Shown here one piece after another: positions 21,717 through 30,343 of a stretch of 64,000 bases of DNA. Within the stretch, counting starts at the first letter, position 1; each line of letters opens with the position of its first letter. Origin of the DNA: an uncultured Verrucomicrobiae bacterium (GTDB lineage Bacteria; Verrucomicrobiota; Verrucomicrobiia; Limisphaerales; Palsa-1400). The stretch spans positions 256,001 to 320,000 of the forward strand of contig CAVXRD010000003.1 of assembly GCA_963764165.1 (NCBI GenBank), read 5' to 3'. A program made the translations under genes and the position numbers. Below the pieces are notes generated by a model, which was not told where the DNA came from, ran no database searches, and saw nothing but the letters and a program-made list of their open reading frames with translations.

Positions 21717-21943
21717 GGTAGGGCGAGGCTCCTGCCGAGCCACGCGTCACAAGACGGCTCGGCAGGAGGCCCAACCAAAAGATTTGGTGAGAAGTGCCAA
21801 TGAACCAAAGATGGAATGCGGGACGCGGGGGCGCGTGCGCTCCCCGGATTCAGAGGCTTGAGGAGCACACGCGCCTCGCGTGTCGCGCTCGGCGCCCTCG
21901 CCGAGCGCTCCCCCGGACGGTTCATTGGCAGCCTCGCCCTGCC
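21717..21943. repeat. REP-like inverted doublet (family A, GGYAGGGCGAGGCTCCYGCCGAGCC) with second arm interrupted by an insertion
   Basis: Arm 1 at 21717-21741; arm 2 split into 21756-21768 and 21930-21943. Confidence 0.85.
21769..21929. mobile_element. 161-bp non-coding insertion with subterminal inverted repeat and duplicated AG (CT) core
   Basis: GCCAATGAACC (21796-21806) / GGTTCATTGGC (21919-21929); AG at both junctions; sister copy at 23585-23906. Confidence 0.72.
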
Positions 21944-22050
21944 ACAATTGCCACAGAATCCCCATTTTTCCATAAAATTTAAAGATTTCTTGGAAAAATC
22001 GTGCCGAAAAACCTCTGGTAGGTTTTCTGTTTCCAGACGACTGTGCAAAT

Positions 22051-22086
22051 CTGCTTCCATATGCATTATATGTCATATGGAAGCAG
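22051..22086. repeat. Perfect 13-bp inverted repeat with 10-nt loop
   Basis: CTGCTTCCATATG-cattatatgt-CATATGGAAGCAG. Confidence 0.75.
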
Positions 22087-22415
22087 TTGGGGGCGGACTG
22101 CCACTGAGCCGGAACAATTCAATTGGCTCCTGGGAGCGCGGTTGTCGATCGCCGTTTTCGGCGTCCCGCCGAAAACTCATCGTGCAATGGAATTTCACCA
22201 AACAATTTCATGCACCCCCGGCCGCGCATTGCCCTCGATGTTGCCGGGCCGCCCACATCGCCAGCGAATCCAAGCAAATCCCGGCTGATGTAACCAAATG
22301 TAGCCAAATGTAACCACTTTTTATGAAAAATCGGCCGATGATGCGCGAGTCAAAAAGCGCAATTGGAACCGTCGTGAGGATGACACGCCGGCGGGATTCT
22401 TACCACCGGTCCGCG

Positions 22416-23444
22416 CTACGGCTGAATCACCGTCCGGATGATTTCGGTCTGGGATTCCAGCGCGTCAAGTGTCTGGTTGACCTGGATCGCATCAAGGGGA
22501 ATGGATCGTGTAACGCTGGCGGGAAACTTCAACTTTCCACTCCGGGCGTATTCGAGCAGCAGCGGAATTTCCGAAGCCAGATGGTCGGACACACCGATGA
22601 TTTCGGCTTCGCGGTTGATCACGTTTTCATAGGGCGACACGCTGAAGGACTGCCGCATCAAGCCCGCCAGCGCCGCTCTTCCCAAACGACCAAGGCTCCG
22701 CACCGCGCCGTCCATCGTCACCGGCTTTCCGATGAGTTCCAGCGCGACGTCCACCCCTCGGCCACCGGTGGCATCCCGAATTTGTTCGGCGGCATCGCCG
22801 AGCGCGGGATCGATGGGAATGGCGCCCATTTCCCTGGCCAGCCGCAATTTGGCGGCGTTCGTGTCGACAGCGAAGACTCGGGACGCGCCCATTGCCATGG
22901 CCAGTTGCACGGCGGAAAAGCCAAGGCCGCCGAATCCAAAAATCGCGACCGATTCCCCTGCCCTCATCCGCGCCTTGCGCAACGCGTGCAGAGACGTCGC
23001 GGACGAACACATCATCACCGCGCCTTGCACGAAGGAAATTTCCTCCGGCAGCGCGAACAAACTGCGCGCCGGAATGCGCGCGAACTCCGCGTAGCCGCCG
23101 TCCTGGTGTTTCCCGATCATGCGCCCAGTGGCGCAGAATTGTTCGTGTCCGGCGAAACAGAATTCGCAACAGCCGCAGGTCGCCATGTAATGCACGCAAA
23201 CGCGCGCGCCCCTGGCAATATGTTTGACACTCGCGCCGACTTCTTCGGCCACCCCGGCGATTTCGTGCCCGGGCGTCATCGGCAACGGCTGCACTGGCGA
23301 TACTCCAGCGCGGTAATGCGCATCCGAATGGCAAATGCCCGCCGCTTTCACGCGCACCAACACGTCATCCGGACCGATTTCGGGCACAGGCACCTCGGCC
23401 ATTTCAAGAGGCTTGCCGATTTCTGTCAAACGAACAGATTTCAT
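22416..23444 (-). CDS. Zinc-binding alcohol dehydrogenase (MDR family)
   Basis: GICHSD, GHE, CGCCEFC...C structural Zn site, GFGGLG. Confidence 0.95.
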   Translation of the reverse strand: MKSVRLTEIGKPLEMAEVPVPEIGPDDVLVRVKAAGICHSDAHYRAGVSPVQPLPMTPGHEIAGVAEEVGASVKHIARGARVCVHYMATCGCCEFCFAGHEQFCATGRMIGKHQDGGYAEFARIPARSLFALPEEISFVQGAVMMCSSATSLHALRKARMRAGESVAIFGFGGLGFSAVQLAMAMGASRVFAVDTNAAKLRLAREMGAIPIDPALGDAAEQIRDATGGRGVDVALELIGKPVTMDGAVRSLGRLGRAALAGLMRQSFSVSPYENVINREAEIIGVSDHLASEIPLLLEYARSGKLKFPASVTRSIPLDAIQVNQTLDALESQTEIIRTVIQP

Positions 23445-23584
23445 CAAGCTGATATAGTGCGGAATCTGAAAGCAAAACTCAATGCGCTGCCCGCACGAAA
23501 GCCGGCGTTCGGCGAACCAGCAAGCTCGGCAGGGCGAGGCTCCCGCCGAGCCGTCCCCCATCCGCGAAGATGGCTCGGCGGGAG

Positions 23585-23906
23585 GCCCCAACCATCAAAG
23601 TTGGTGAGAAGTTCCGACGAACAAATTTCGCCTTGGGAGGTAGGGACGCCTCGCCGAGATTGTCTCAAAACTACAAAATCCTCAAAGTGTGTCAATACTA
23701 CGACTCTCTCATTTGCGATATGGCGCATTTTTATTTTCGGCGAGGGTGTTTTTGTGGTGCTTTTTAAAGCCATTTTTGAGTTTTGAGACAGTCTCCGCCG
23801 AGGCGTCCGGTTGCGCGTGAAGGCTTTTGTGGGCCGCACCGTTCAACGACGCCTCGCCCCGGACGCCTCGGCGAGGCGTCCTACCTCCACAAGACAGTTC
23901 GTTGGC
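23585..23906. mobile_element. Second copy of the AG/CT-core shell, carrying a family B REP doublet
   Basis: Same left end (GCCC(C)AACCA-N6-TTGGTGAGAAGT), similar right end (GTTCRTTGGC), same insertion point as 21769-21929. Confidence 0.72.
23656..23795. mobile_element. 140-bp AT-rich MITE with 17-bp TIRs and 4-bp target duplication
   Basis: GAGATTGTCTCAAAACT / AGTTTTGAGACAGTCTC (1 mismatch); CGCC at 23652-23655 and 23796-23799; removal restores GGGACGCCTCGCCGAGGCGTCC. Confidence 0.9.
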
Positions 23907-23960
23907 AGCCTCGCCCTGCCGAAACCTGCTTATGACAGCGGCAGTTGCCCCGTAACGCAG

Positions 23961-24848
23961 ATGTTTGACATTCGTAACAATTTCCCATCCACTTGCGCCT
24001 TGAAAAATTTGAATCGTGTTGGATTTTCACCGGTCGTAATCGCTCTCTCAATCATGCTGACAATCGCAGCCGCAGCTCGAGCCGACGATGACGATGATCG
24101 CGGCTCGACCAACCGCGTCCGCCGGCCCATTGAAGAATTGTTCAAGACCGATGTCGTCTTCCCGGAGGAGAAAGGGGAATTCGAGGTGGAATTGGCTTCG
24201 ATTTTCCAGAATCATTCGGGCGTCAACACCTGGACGCTGCCAATATCCGCCGAATATGGGGTTACAGACCGGCTTCAATTTGAGGCGGAATGGAATTCCA
24301 TCATCCAGCATTACCGCCGCAACCAATCAACCATGCGCGGGCTGGGAGATGTTGAGATGGGCGCGCAATACAGCTTTCTCAACATTGACGGATCGAATTT
24401 TCACATCGCGCCGCGCTTCTCGCTCAACGTTCCGACCGGCAACGTGAACCGCGACATGAGCGACGGGTTTCTGGAATATGAGCCGGCCATCGTTCTGGCA
24501 AGGGATGTTCCACAATGGCATAAAACCCAATTCTTCACCGAGCTGGGCAGCGGCTGGGTGCAGCGCATCAACCGGCCCAAAGATTCTGACGACGCCGAAC
24601 CTTCCGCGCACGAATTGGATTGGAACGCCGGCGCCTTCGTGCTTTTCAATCACTGTGCGGCCACCTTGGAATATAATCTTGCCAACAGCACCTGGAACCA
24701 TCACGGGACGGAAAATGAAATGTACATCACGCCGGGGTTTCTATACCGCCCCATTGGCCATCTGGAAATTGGCCTGGGCATCCCGGTCGGATTGAATAAT
24801 CACTCGGATAATTTCGAGATCATCTCTCACATTGTCTGGGAATTCTGA
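23961..24848 (+). CDS. Putative outer-membrane beta-barrel protein
   Basis: Signal peptide ending AARA, alternating aromatic strands, GLGDVEMG motif, C-terminal IVWEF; start uncertain. Confidence 0.7.
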   Translation: MFDIRNNFPSTCALKNLNRVGFSPVVIALSIMLTIAAAARADDDDDRGSTNRVRRPIEELFKTDVVFPEEKGEFEVELASIFQNHSGVNTWTLPISAEYGVTDRLQFEAEWNSIIQHYRRNQSTMRGLGDVEMGAQYSFLNIDGSNFHIAPRFSLNVPTGNVNRDMSDGFLEYEPAIVLARDVPQWHKTQFFTELGSGWVQRINRPKDSDDAEPSAHELDWNAGAFVLFNHCAATLEYNLANSTWNHHGTENEMYITPGFLYRPIGHLEIGLGIPVGLNNHSDNFEIISHIVWEF

Positions 24849-24874
24849 TCGCGCAACACTATGCTTGACAATTT

Positions 24875-25366
24875 ATGGCCGAAAATGGAACGTCGAACAT
24901 TATGGCTGCCACTGTTGCAAACTCGGTTAAAACCTATCTCGAATTTCTTCCCGCCGACCGGCGAACCGCGCTGAGCGCCGTGCGAGACGTCATCCGAGCG
25001 CATCTGCCGAAGGGCTATGAGGAATGCATGTTCACCGGGATGATTGGCTATGTGGTGCCCCACAGCATTTACCCCGCTGGCTATCACTGCAACCCGAAAT
25101 TGCCCCTGGTTTACGCTTGGCTCGAAAATCAGAAAAACCACATGTCGCTGCACCTGATGGGAATTTACGGCGACACCGCCACGGCCGAGTGGTTTCAAAA
25201 AGCGTGGAAGGCGGCGGGGAAGAAATTGGACATGGGAAAAGCCTGCGTCCGCTTCAAAAAGCTCGAGGACGTCCCACTCGATGTGGTTGGGCAGGTCATC
25301 GCGCGCATCCCACTAAAAGCGTATGTCGAGCGGGTCGAAAAAGTTGCCGCGTCGCGCCAGAAATAG
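24875..25366 (+). CDS. DUF1801 (YdhG-like) domain protein
   Basis: GMIGYVVP..YPAGYHC, QKNHMSL, LDMGKACVRFKK. Confidence 0.85.
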   Translation: MAENGTSNIMAATVANSVKTYLEFLPADRRTALSAVRDVIRAHLPKGYEECMFTGMIGYVVPHSIYPAGYHCNPKLPLVYAWLENQKNHMSLHLMGIYGDTATAEWFQKAWKAAGKKLDMGKACVRFKKLEDVPLDVVGQVIARIPLKAYVERVEKVAASRQK

Positions 25367-25379
25367 CCGCCGTCTTTTA

Positions 25380-25661
25380 TTATACGCCGGTCTTCAGCGT
25401 GTCGCGATGCTCGTCGATCGCGTTCGCGATGGCGTTCACGCTGCTGAGCATGGCGCGGGCTTTCGCGGCATCGGAAATCTTGATGCCATAATTCTTGTCG
25501 AGCGCGACCACAAGCTGCAGCGCGTCCACCGAGTCCAAGCCGAGGCTGTCCGGCCCAAACAGAGGCTGGCCGTCACCGATTTCCTCGGGCGTTACTTTGA
25601 GCATCAGGTCGTCGACCAGCATGCGTTTAATGTCCACTTTGAGCTGTTCCGATTCTGTCAT
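25380..25661 (-). CDS. Acyl carrier protein
   Basis: Small acidic protein with LGLDSVDALQL phosphopantetheine site. Confidence 0.95.
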   Translation of the reverse strand: MTESEQLKVDIKRMLVDDLMLKVTPEEIGDGQPLFGPDSLGLDSVDALQLVVALDKNYGIKISDAAKARAMLSSVNAIANAIDEHRDTLKTGV

Positions 25662-25703
25662 GTCAAACCTTTTTCTTTTCTCGATGCTTATCTTATCACC
25701 ATT

Positions 25704-26720
25704 TCACGCGCCATCAACTACGGACAAAAATCTGGCGCCGATGGCCTGCTGGCTTACTCCCACCACCGATACCGTCGCCGCTGGAAACGCGCCGCGAGCC
25801 AGCGCGTCGCATGCGGTCACGCATTGCCACGCCGCGGACGCTGTGAAGGCTTCGCCAAGCACCGTTTTGGGATGGATGCGCGCGCCGTTCCAATCCTGCC
25901 ACGCGGCAGTTTCCGCCTCGTCGAAACGCCGGCGATTGCAGATGCCATCGCAAAGGAGTTCATCTTGCGCCAGCGCCGGCAGTTGATTCCGCGCCGCGCG
26001 CGCCGCCTTTGCGCGGCATTGGCCGCCGGCCATGGTGAATCCGTCCGTGACGGCATCCAATTCCGCCAGTGCGCCAGCGCCATTCTTTGTCAAATATACA
26101 GCACCAGCGCCGCTGGCGTAAATCGCATCACGCGCAAACAGCCTGAACGCGTCCGCCACCAGCCAGTCCAATTCCTCCGACCCGATGACGATGCAGCCGT
26201 CCACCTGGTCCTGCGCCAGCCATTCTGCCGCGAGGGCCAGGCCTTGCACAAACATCCCATCGTCGCCGACCAGCGTAGCACTGGGCGCGGTGGTTCCAAA
26301 GTAGGCCGCCAGATGGCTGCCGGGCGCGTTGAAAACCGTTTCGGGAAAAATCAGCGGACTGGCCTTCGACGGGTCGCGCAGCACTTCCTCGAAGAACCGC
26401 CTCGTGTAGGGGATCAAGCCGCTGAGCATCGCGACGACGATTCCCAGCCGCGCGGGCTTATTCGAGCCTATGGCTTCCAGCGCTGCCGCGACAATGTGTT
26501 GCGACATGACGCTCACCCTGCGCAGACGGCCGTGGCTGGCAAACTCCAGACGCGTCGGCGAGTTCGGCACCGCCCGAATCCGCAAGGGCTTTGCCCAGCC
26601 CGGGCGCGCAAGATCACGCACCGCGAGTGGCGCGTTGGCGGCCACTGCGTCGCGCATGGCGGGCACGCCCCACCCCGCGGGAGAAACAGCGCCGATTCCA
26701 TTTATGAAAATGCGGCTCAC
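25704..26720 (-). CDS. Ketosynthase-like chain length factor (non-catalytic)
   Basis: KS fold motifs (INGIGAVSP, FPETVFNA); catalytic Cys position reads VGDD; NAHGT and GH motifs replaced; GTGA overlap with the KS gene. Confidence 0.85.
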   Translation of the reverse strand: MSRIFINGIGAVSPAGWGVPAMRDAVAANAPLAVRDLARPGWAKPLRIRAVPNSPTRLEFASHGRLRRVSVMSQHIVAAALEAIGSNKPARLGIVVAMLSGLIPYTRRFFEEVLRDPSKASPLIFPETVFNAPGSHLAAYFGTTAPSATLVGDDGMFVQGLALAAEWLAQDQVDGCIVIGSEELDWLVADAFRLFARDAIYASGAGAVYLTKNGAGALAELDAVTDGFTMAGGQCRAKAARAARNQLPALAQDELLCDGICNRRRFDEAETAAWQDWNGARIHPKTVLGEAFTASAAWQCVTACDALARGAFPAATVSVVGVSQQAIGARFLSVVDGA

Positions 26721-27964
26721 GTCCACCTCCGCATGACCAGTGTTGCGTTCGCGCCACCGAAGCCGAAGGAGTTTGACAGGGCAATTTCGAGCTTCGCGTC
26801 TGTTGGCTCGCGCACCACTTTGAAGTGGCAGGCAGGATCCACCGTTCCAATGGCCGTTTCCGGGGGCTGCCACTGCCCTTGCAGCGCCATCAAACAAACC
26901 ACTGCCTCGACTGCCCCCGCCGCGCCGAGCAAATGCCCGATGCTCGCCTTCGTGGAACTCACCGGGAGGCTTGCCGCCCGCGCGCCCGCCCAGCGATTGA
27001 TGGCGGCTGCTTCGGTCACATCGTTTTGCGGAGTCGCAGTTCCATGAGCATTGACGTAATCAACTTGCTCGGGGGTCACGCCCGCCATCGCACAGGCCGC
27101 ATTCATTGCGCCGAGGGCGGCGTCGCCGTTGGGGTGCGGTTGCGTCAAATGATGAATGTCAGTCGTGGCGCCGTAGCCAATAATTTCACCCAATATTTCC
27201 GCGCCGCGCTTTTGCGCATTTTCCAGCGATTCAAGAGCGAGCATCGCCGCGCCCTCCCCGAGCGTGAGGCCATCGCGCGCCGCGTCGAATGGGCGGCATG
27301 TCGTGGTGGAAAGCGCCTGCAGCGAGTCGAATCCGGCAAAGGTCAGCCGGCAAATCGCGTCGTAGCCGCCGGTGAAAACACGCGAGGCCGCGCCTCCACG
27401 GATCAATTGAAACGCATGGCCAATGGCGTTGCTCCCGGAAGCGCAGGCATTGGAAATGACCGTGACGGTTCCGGCAAATCCAAACGCATTGCAAAGCTCG
27501 AGGCCCTGCCGGTGCAATTGATATTGCATGACGCGCGTTGCCTGTTTTCGCTGGCTGGAGGGTTTTGAAATGGCATGCACCAAATATTCTTCGCCGCACG
27601 ACATCGCGCCGCTGGTCGTTCCGAGCATCACTGGAATATTCTCGCCGGGATTCCACCCAGCCTGCGTCCAGCATTCGTGGGCCGCGATCAATAGGAAGCG
27701 TCCGGCGCGGTCAAGTCGATTTGCAGCTTTAGTTGACAGGAGAGTTTTGGGAAGTTCGCTGGGCAGGTCAATTTCAGCGGCTGACTTGGCTCGCTGCCCG
27801 CTCACGTCAAAAAGTGTCACCGGGCGAAAGGCTTTCCGGCCAGCGCGGAATCCCGCCGCATTCAATTTCCAGCCCGCGCCAAGAGCGGTAATAACACCAG
27901 CGCCGGTTACGACTACTCGGTGCGTCTTGGAGGGGGCGGAATTTTGTGAGCGTGAAAACAGCAC
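26717..27964 (-). CDS. Beta-ketoacyl-ACP synthase (FabF-like, Cys-His-His intact)
   Basis: SNACASG, NAHGTAT, KASIGHLLG, NSFGFGG. Confidence 0.95.
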   Translation of the reverse strand: MLFSRSQNSAPSKTHRVVVTGAGVITALGAGWKLNAAGFRAGRKAFRPVTLFDVSGQRAKSAAEIDLPSELPKTLLSTKAANRLDRAGRFLLIAAHECWTQAGWNPGENIPVMLGTTSGAMSCGEEYLVHAISKPSSQRKQATRVMQYQLHRQGLELCNAFGFAGTVTVISNACASGSNAIGHAFQLIRGGAASRVFTGGYDAICRLTFAGFDSLQALSTTTCRPFDAARDGLTLGEGAAMLALESLENAQKRGAEILGEIIGYGATTDIHHLTQPHPNGDAALGAMNAACAMAGVTPEQVDYVNAHGTATPQNDVTEAAAINRWAGARAASLPVSSTKASIGHLLGAAGAVEAVVCLMALQGQWQPPETAIGTVDPACHFKVVREPTDAKLEIALSNSFGFGGANATLVMRRWT

Positions 27965-27974
27965 AGGGCGCGCC

Positions 27975-29003
27975 TCAGACCGGAACTTGCGCCGCCCCGC
28001 ATTGATAGAATTCCGCCAAGCCCTGCCGCGACGGTTCCAATCCCTCCGCCGCCATTGCTTCGAGAACCCGCTCTTCAGTCATGATGAAACGCTCGCGCTT
28101 GTAAATCACATAGTCCTCGCGCAGCCGGCTCGGGGTCATATTGATGGTGACGAGATTGGCGCCTGCCGCAAGGCCCTGCCGGTAGCCATCCTTGGCGGCG
28201 AGATTCAACGCGCTCACCGCCGGGATAATCCAGCCGGGCCGCATCAAGCGCATGGCGGCGATGCAGTTGAATGTCCATCCGGCGTTCGCCGGCGCCAGGC
28301 CCCGCATTGGCGTGTCCTCGCCGGGAATGAACGGACTGACACTGCAGCCGCCCAGCGGCAGCGAGGCCGCGTATTCCAAATTGCGCAGCCACGAAGCTGG
28401 CGTCTGCCCTGGCAGCCCACCGATAAATCCCGAGCTGACGAACCATCCCGTTTCCGCGAGATGCCGGATGTCGCGCTCCCGTTCCTCCAAGGTTCCAGGC
28501 GCCTTGATGCGGAGAAATTCCTCCGGATCGCCGTTCTCGAATTTCATGATGTAAATGGACGCGCCCACGCTCCGCAATTGCGCGTAGAGATCAGGCTGCA
28601 AATTGCCAAGGCAAACGCTGATGCCGATATTCCGCTCGCGCCGAACCAGCTTGATCAAAGGCAGCACTACTTCGCGCACCGCCACGGGATCCTCGCCGGT
28701 CTGGATGTTGAGGTCGGTCACACTTGCGGGAATATGATTGACGAGCATCTCCGCGATTTCCTCGGCCTTGGCGCGGAACCGGGGGAGCTGCCGATTGTCT
28801 CGCCGCATGCCGCAGTACCAGCAATTTTGCCGGCAAAAATTGGAGACTTCGACCACAGCCCGGACAAAGACACGATTCCCGAATTGGCCGCGGGTCGCGG
28901 TGGCCGCGCGTTCATGAAGCTTCGCCTGCTCGGTTCCGGCAGCGGTCAAGTCGCGCTCGTTTGGATAGTAAACCGTTTCCGACACTCTGTTAAATAAAGT
29001 CAC
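27975..29003 (-). CDS. Radical SAM enzyme, HydE/PylB/BioB-like (closest to HydE by motif)
   Basis: CRQNCWYC, QTGED, PFIPGEDTPM, GLAAGAN, C-terminal YVIY. Confidence 0.88.
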   Translation of the reverse strand: MTLFNRVSETVYYPNERDLTAAGTEQAKLHERAATATRGQFGNRVFVRAVVEVSNFCRQNCWYCGMRRDNRQLPRFRAKAEEIAEMLVNHIPASVTDLNIQTGEDPVAVREVVLPLIKLVRRERNIGISVCLGNLQPDLYAQLRSVGASIYIMKFENGDPEEFLRIKAPGTLEERERDIRHLAETGWFVSSGFIGGLPGQTPASWLRNLEYAASLPLGGCSVSPFIPGEDTPMRGLAPANAGWTFNCIAAMRLMRPGWIIPAVSALNLAAKDGYRQGLAAGANLVTINMTPSRLREDYVIYKRERFIMTEERVLEAMAAEGLEPSRQGLAEFYQCGAAQVPV

Positions 29004-29088
29004 AAATTTGGCACGTATCTATAAGGCAAAACCCTACCGGCATCGGTCGAATCTTGCCGGTATGATGCGACGGAATCGGCGTGAATTG

Positions 29089-30297
29089 TCAAGCCCGGAC
29101 GCTGGAGCGAAGCGTGATGTGAACAATCTCGGCGGGGGCATTGACGCGGAGTGGAAACCAATTCCCGACGCCGTTGGAGACAATCATCTGGCTTTCCGCA
29201 GTCGTGTACAATCCCGACCAATAGCGAAACATGGCGGGACCAAACCCATGCTGGCTGTCAAACATCAATTGCCCGCCGTGCGTGTGCCCCGAGAGTGTTA
29301 GCGGGATCTTCGCCTCCGCCGCCGGATCAAACGCGTGCGGATGATGGGACAGCAGAATTGGAAAAGCGTCCGGCTGCCGGCGCTGCATCATTTTCTGGAT
29401 GGCCGCGTTCGCCGCTTGAACCCGCTTTGGCCCCTCCGCGCGAGTCCAGCGCAGCCCGTAAAGTTCCACAGGACAGCCGCGAATTGGAACGACGACAGAC
29501 TCGTCGAGAAGCAGCGGAATTCCGGCGGCTTTGACGCGGCGCTCGAACTCCTCCCCGTTCTCAATCAAATCGTGATTGCCTTCGATCATCCACGACCCGT
29601 ATTTCGACTCCATGGACTTCACCAGGAAGATGCCTTCGGACAGATCGCTTAATGCGTCATTGATGAGATCGCCTGTCAACATCACGACGTCAGCGCGCAT
29701 TTCATTGGTCACGCGCACCATCTCCTTCAGCACACGGCCGCTCGTCAGTTTGCCGACGTGGATGTCACTCACATGCGCGATGGTCATTCCATCGAGTTGC
29801 TTGGGGAGCGCAGGCAAATTCAGCGTGAACCGGCGCACGCGGAATTGATTTAATTGAGCCAGCGCGACACCAGTAAGGCCGATGCTGAAAATAGCGGGAG
29901 CAACCGCAACGCTGGTTCCGAAGAACTCCCTGCGGGTGAGTGACTCTCCGTTTGCGTTCGACGGTTCGCCCGTCGGACCGGGATGTTTTGCGGCGCGCAT
30001 CAGCAGTCGAAATAATCCCAGCAATCCTGCCGCAACACCAATGACGATAACGAAAGCCAGGCCAAAAAAATGCCATGTGACTATGGACGTGAAGACAATC
30101 TTGGGAGTTTCGTGCAGCCATTGGACACGCCAAATGCGCTCCGCAAAGATGGCCAGGAAGCCGGCCATCTGCGCGGCCATGAAGGCTCCCAGCGCGACGC
30201 GCCAAACCCGCTGCTGGGCCAAACGCGATACCGCCCACCACCACGCCACGTCCAACGCCAGCATCACTACGATGATGCCAATGACAATCTTAAACAC
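29089..30297 (-). CDS. Membrane-anchored metallophosphoesterase (YkuE-like)
   Basis: SDIH, TGD, GNHD, SHHP, GHTHGGQ; N-terminal TM helices. Confidence 0.92.
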   Translation of the reverse strand: MFKIVIGIIVVMLALDVAWWWAVSRLAQQRVWRVALGAFMAAQMAGFLAIFAERIWRVQWLHETPKIVFTSIVTWHFFGLAFVIVIGVAAGLLGLFRLLMRAAKHPGPTGEPSNANGESLTRREFFGTSVAVAPAIFSIGLTGVALAQLNQFRVRRFTLNLPALPKQLDGMTIAHVSDIHVGKLTSGRVLKEMVRVTNEMRADVVMLTGDLINDALSDLSEGIFLVKSMESKYGSWMIEGNHDLIENGEEFERRVKAAGIPLLLDESVVVPIRGCPVELYGLRWTRAEGPKRVQAANAAIQKMMQRRQPDAFPILLSHHPHAFDPAAEAKIPLTLSGHTHGGQLMFDSQHGFGPAMFRYWSGLYTTAESQMIVSNGVGNWFPLRVNAPAEIVHITLRSSVRA

Positions 30298-30343
30298 GTC
30301 GCACCATAAGGCCGCGCGCCCAGGCTCGCAATGAGGCGAAACC

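Larger units (their letters stand above)
23528..23920. repeat. REP-like family A doublet containing three nested layers
   Basis: Arm 1 at 23528-23552; arm 2 split into 23572-23584 and 23907-23920. Confidence 0.85.

Noticed and set aside
21623..22313. Overlapping short ORFs, and N-terminal extensions such as GRDASPRRP or LGRSLALP at 23444-23960, 42392-42572 and 47774-48216
   Set aside because: They are translations of REP-like repeats rather than real coding sequence.
21717..23920. CRISPR array or integron attC array
   Set aside because: Repeats are inverted doublets, not regularly spaced direct repeats with unique spacers; no cas or integrase genes are present.
27975..29003. Biotin synthase BioB or a true hydrogenase maturase HydE
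   Set aside because: Lacks the BioB YNHN motif and has no bio, hydF or hydG neighbours in the window, so no gene symbol was assigned.
29020..29088. c-di-GMP-I riboswitch-like GGCAAA..CC/GACG pattern with a TACCGGCA/TGCCGGTA hairpin upstream of the radical SAM gene
   Set aside because: The resemblance is weak and on the wrong strand for that gene; the hairpin may simply end the upstream phosphoesterase transcript.
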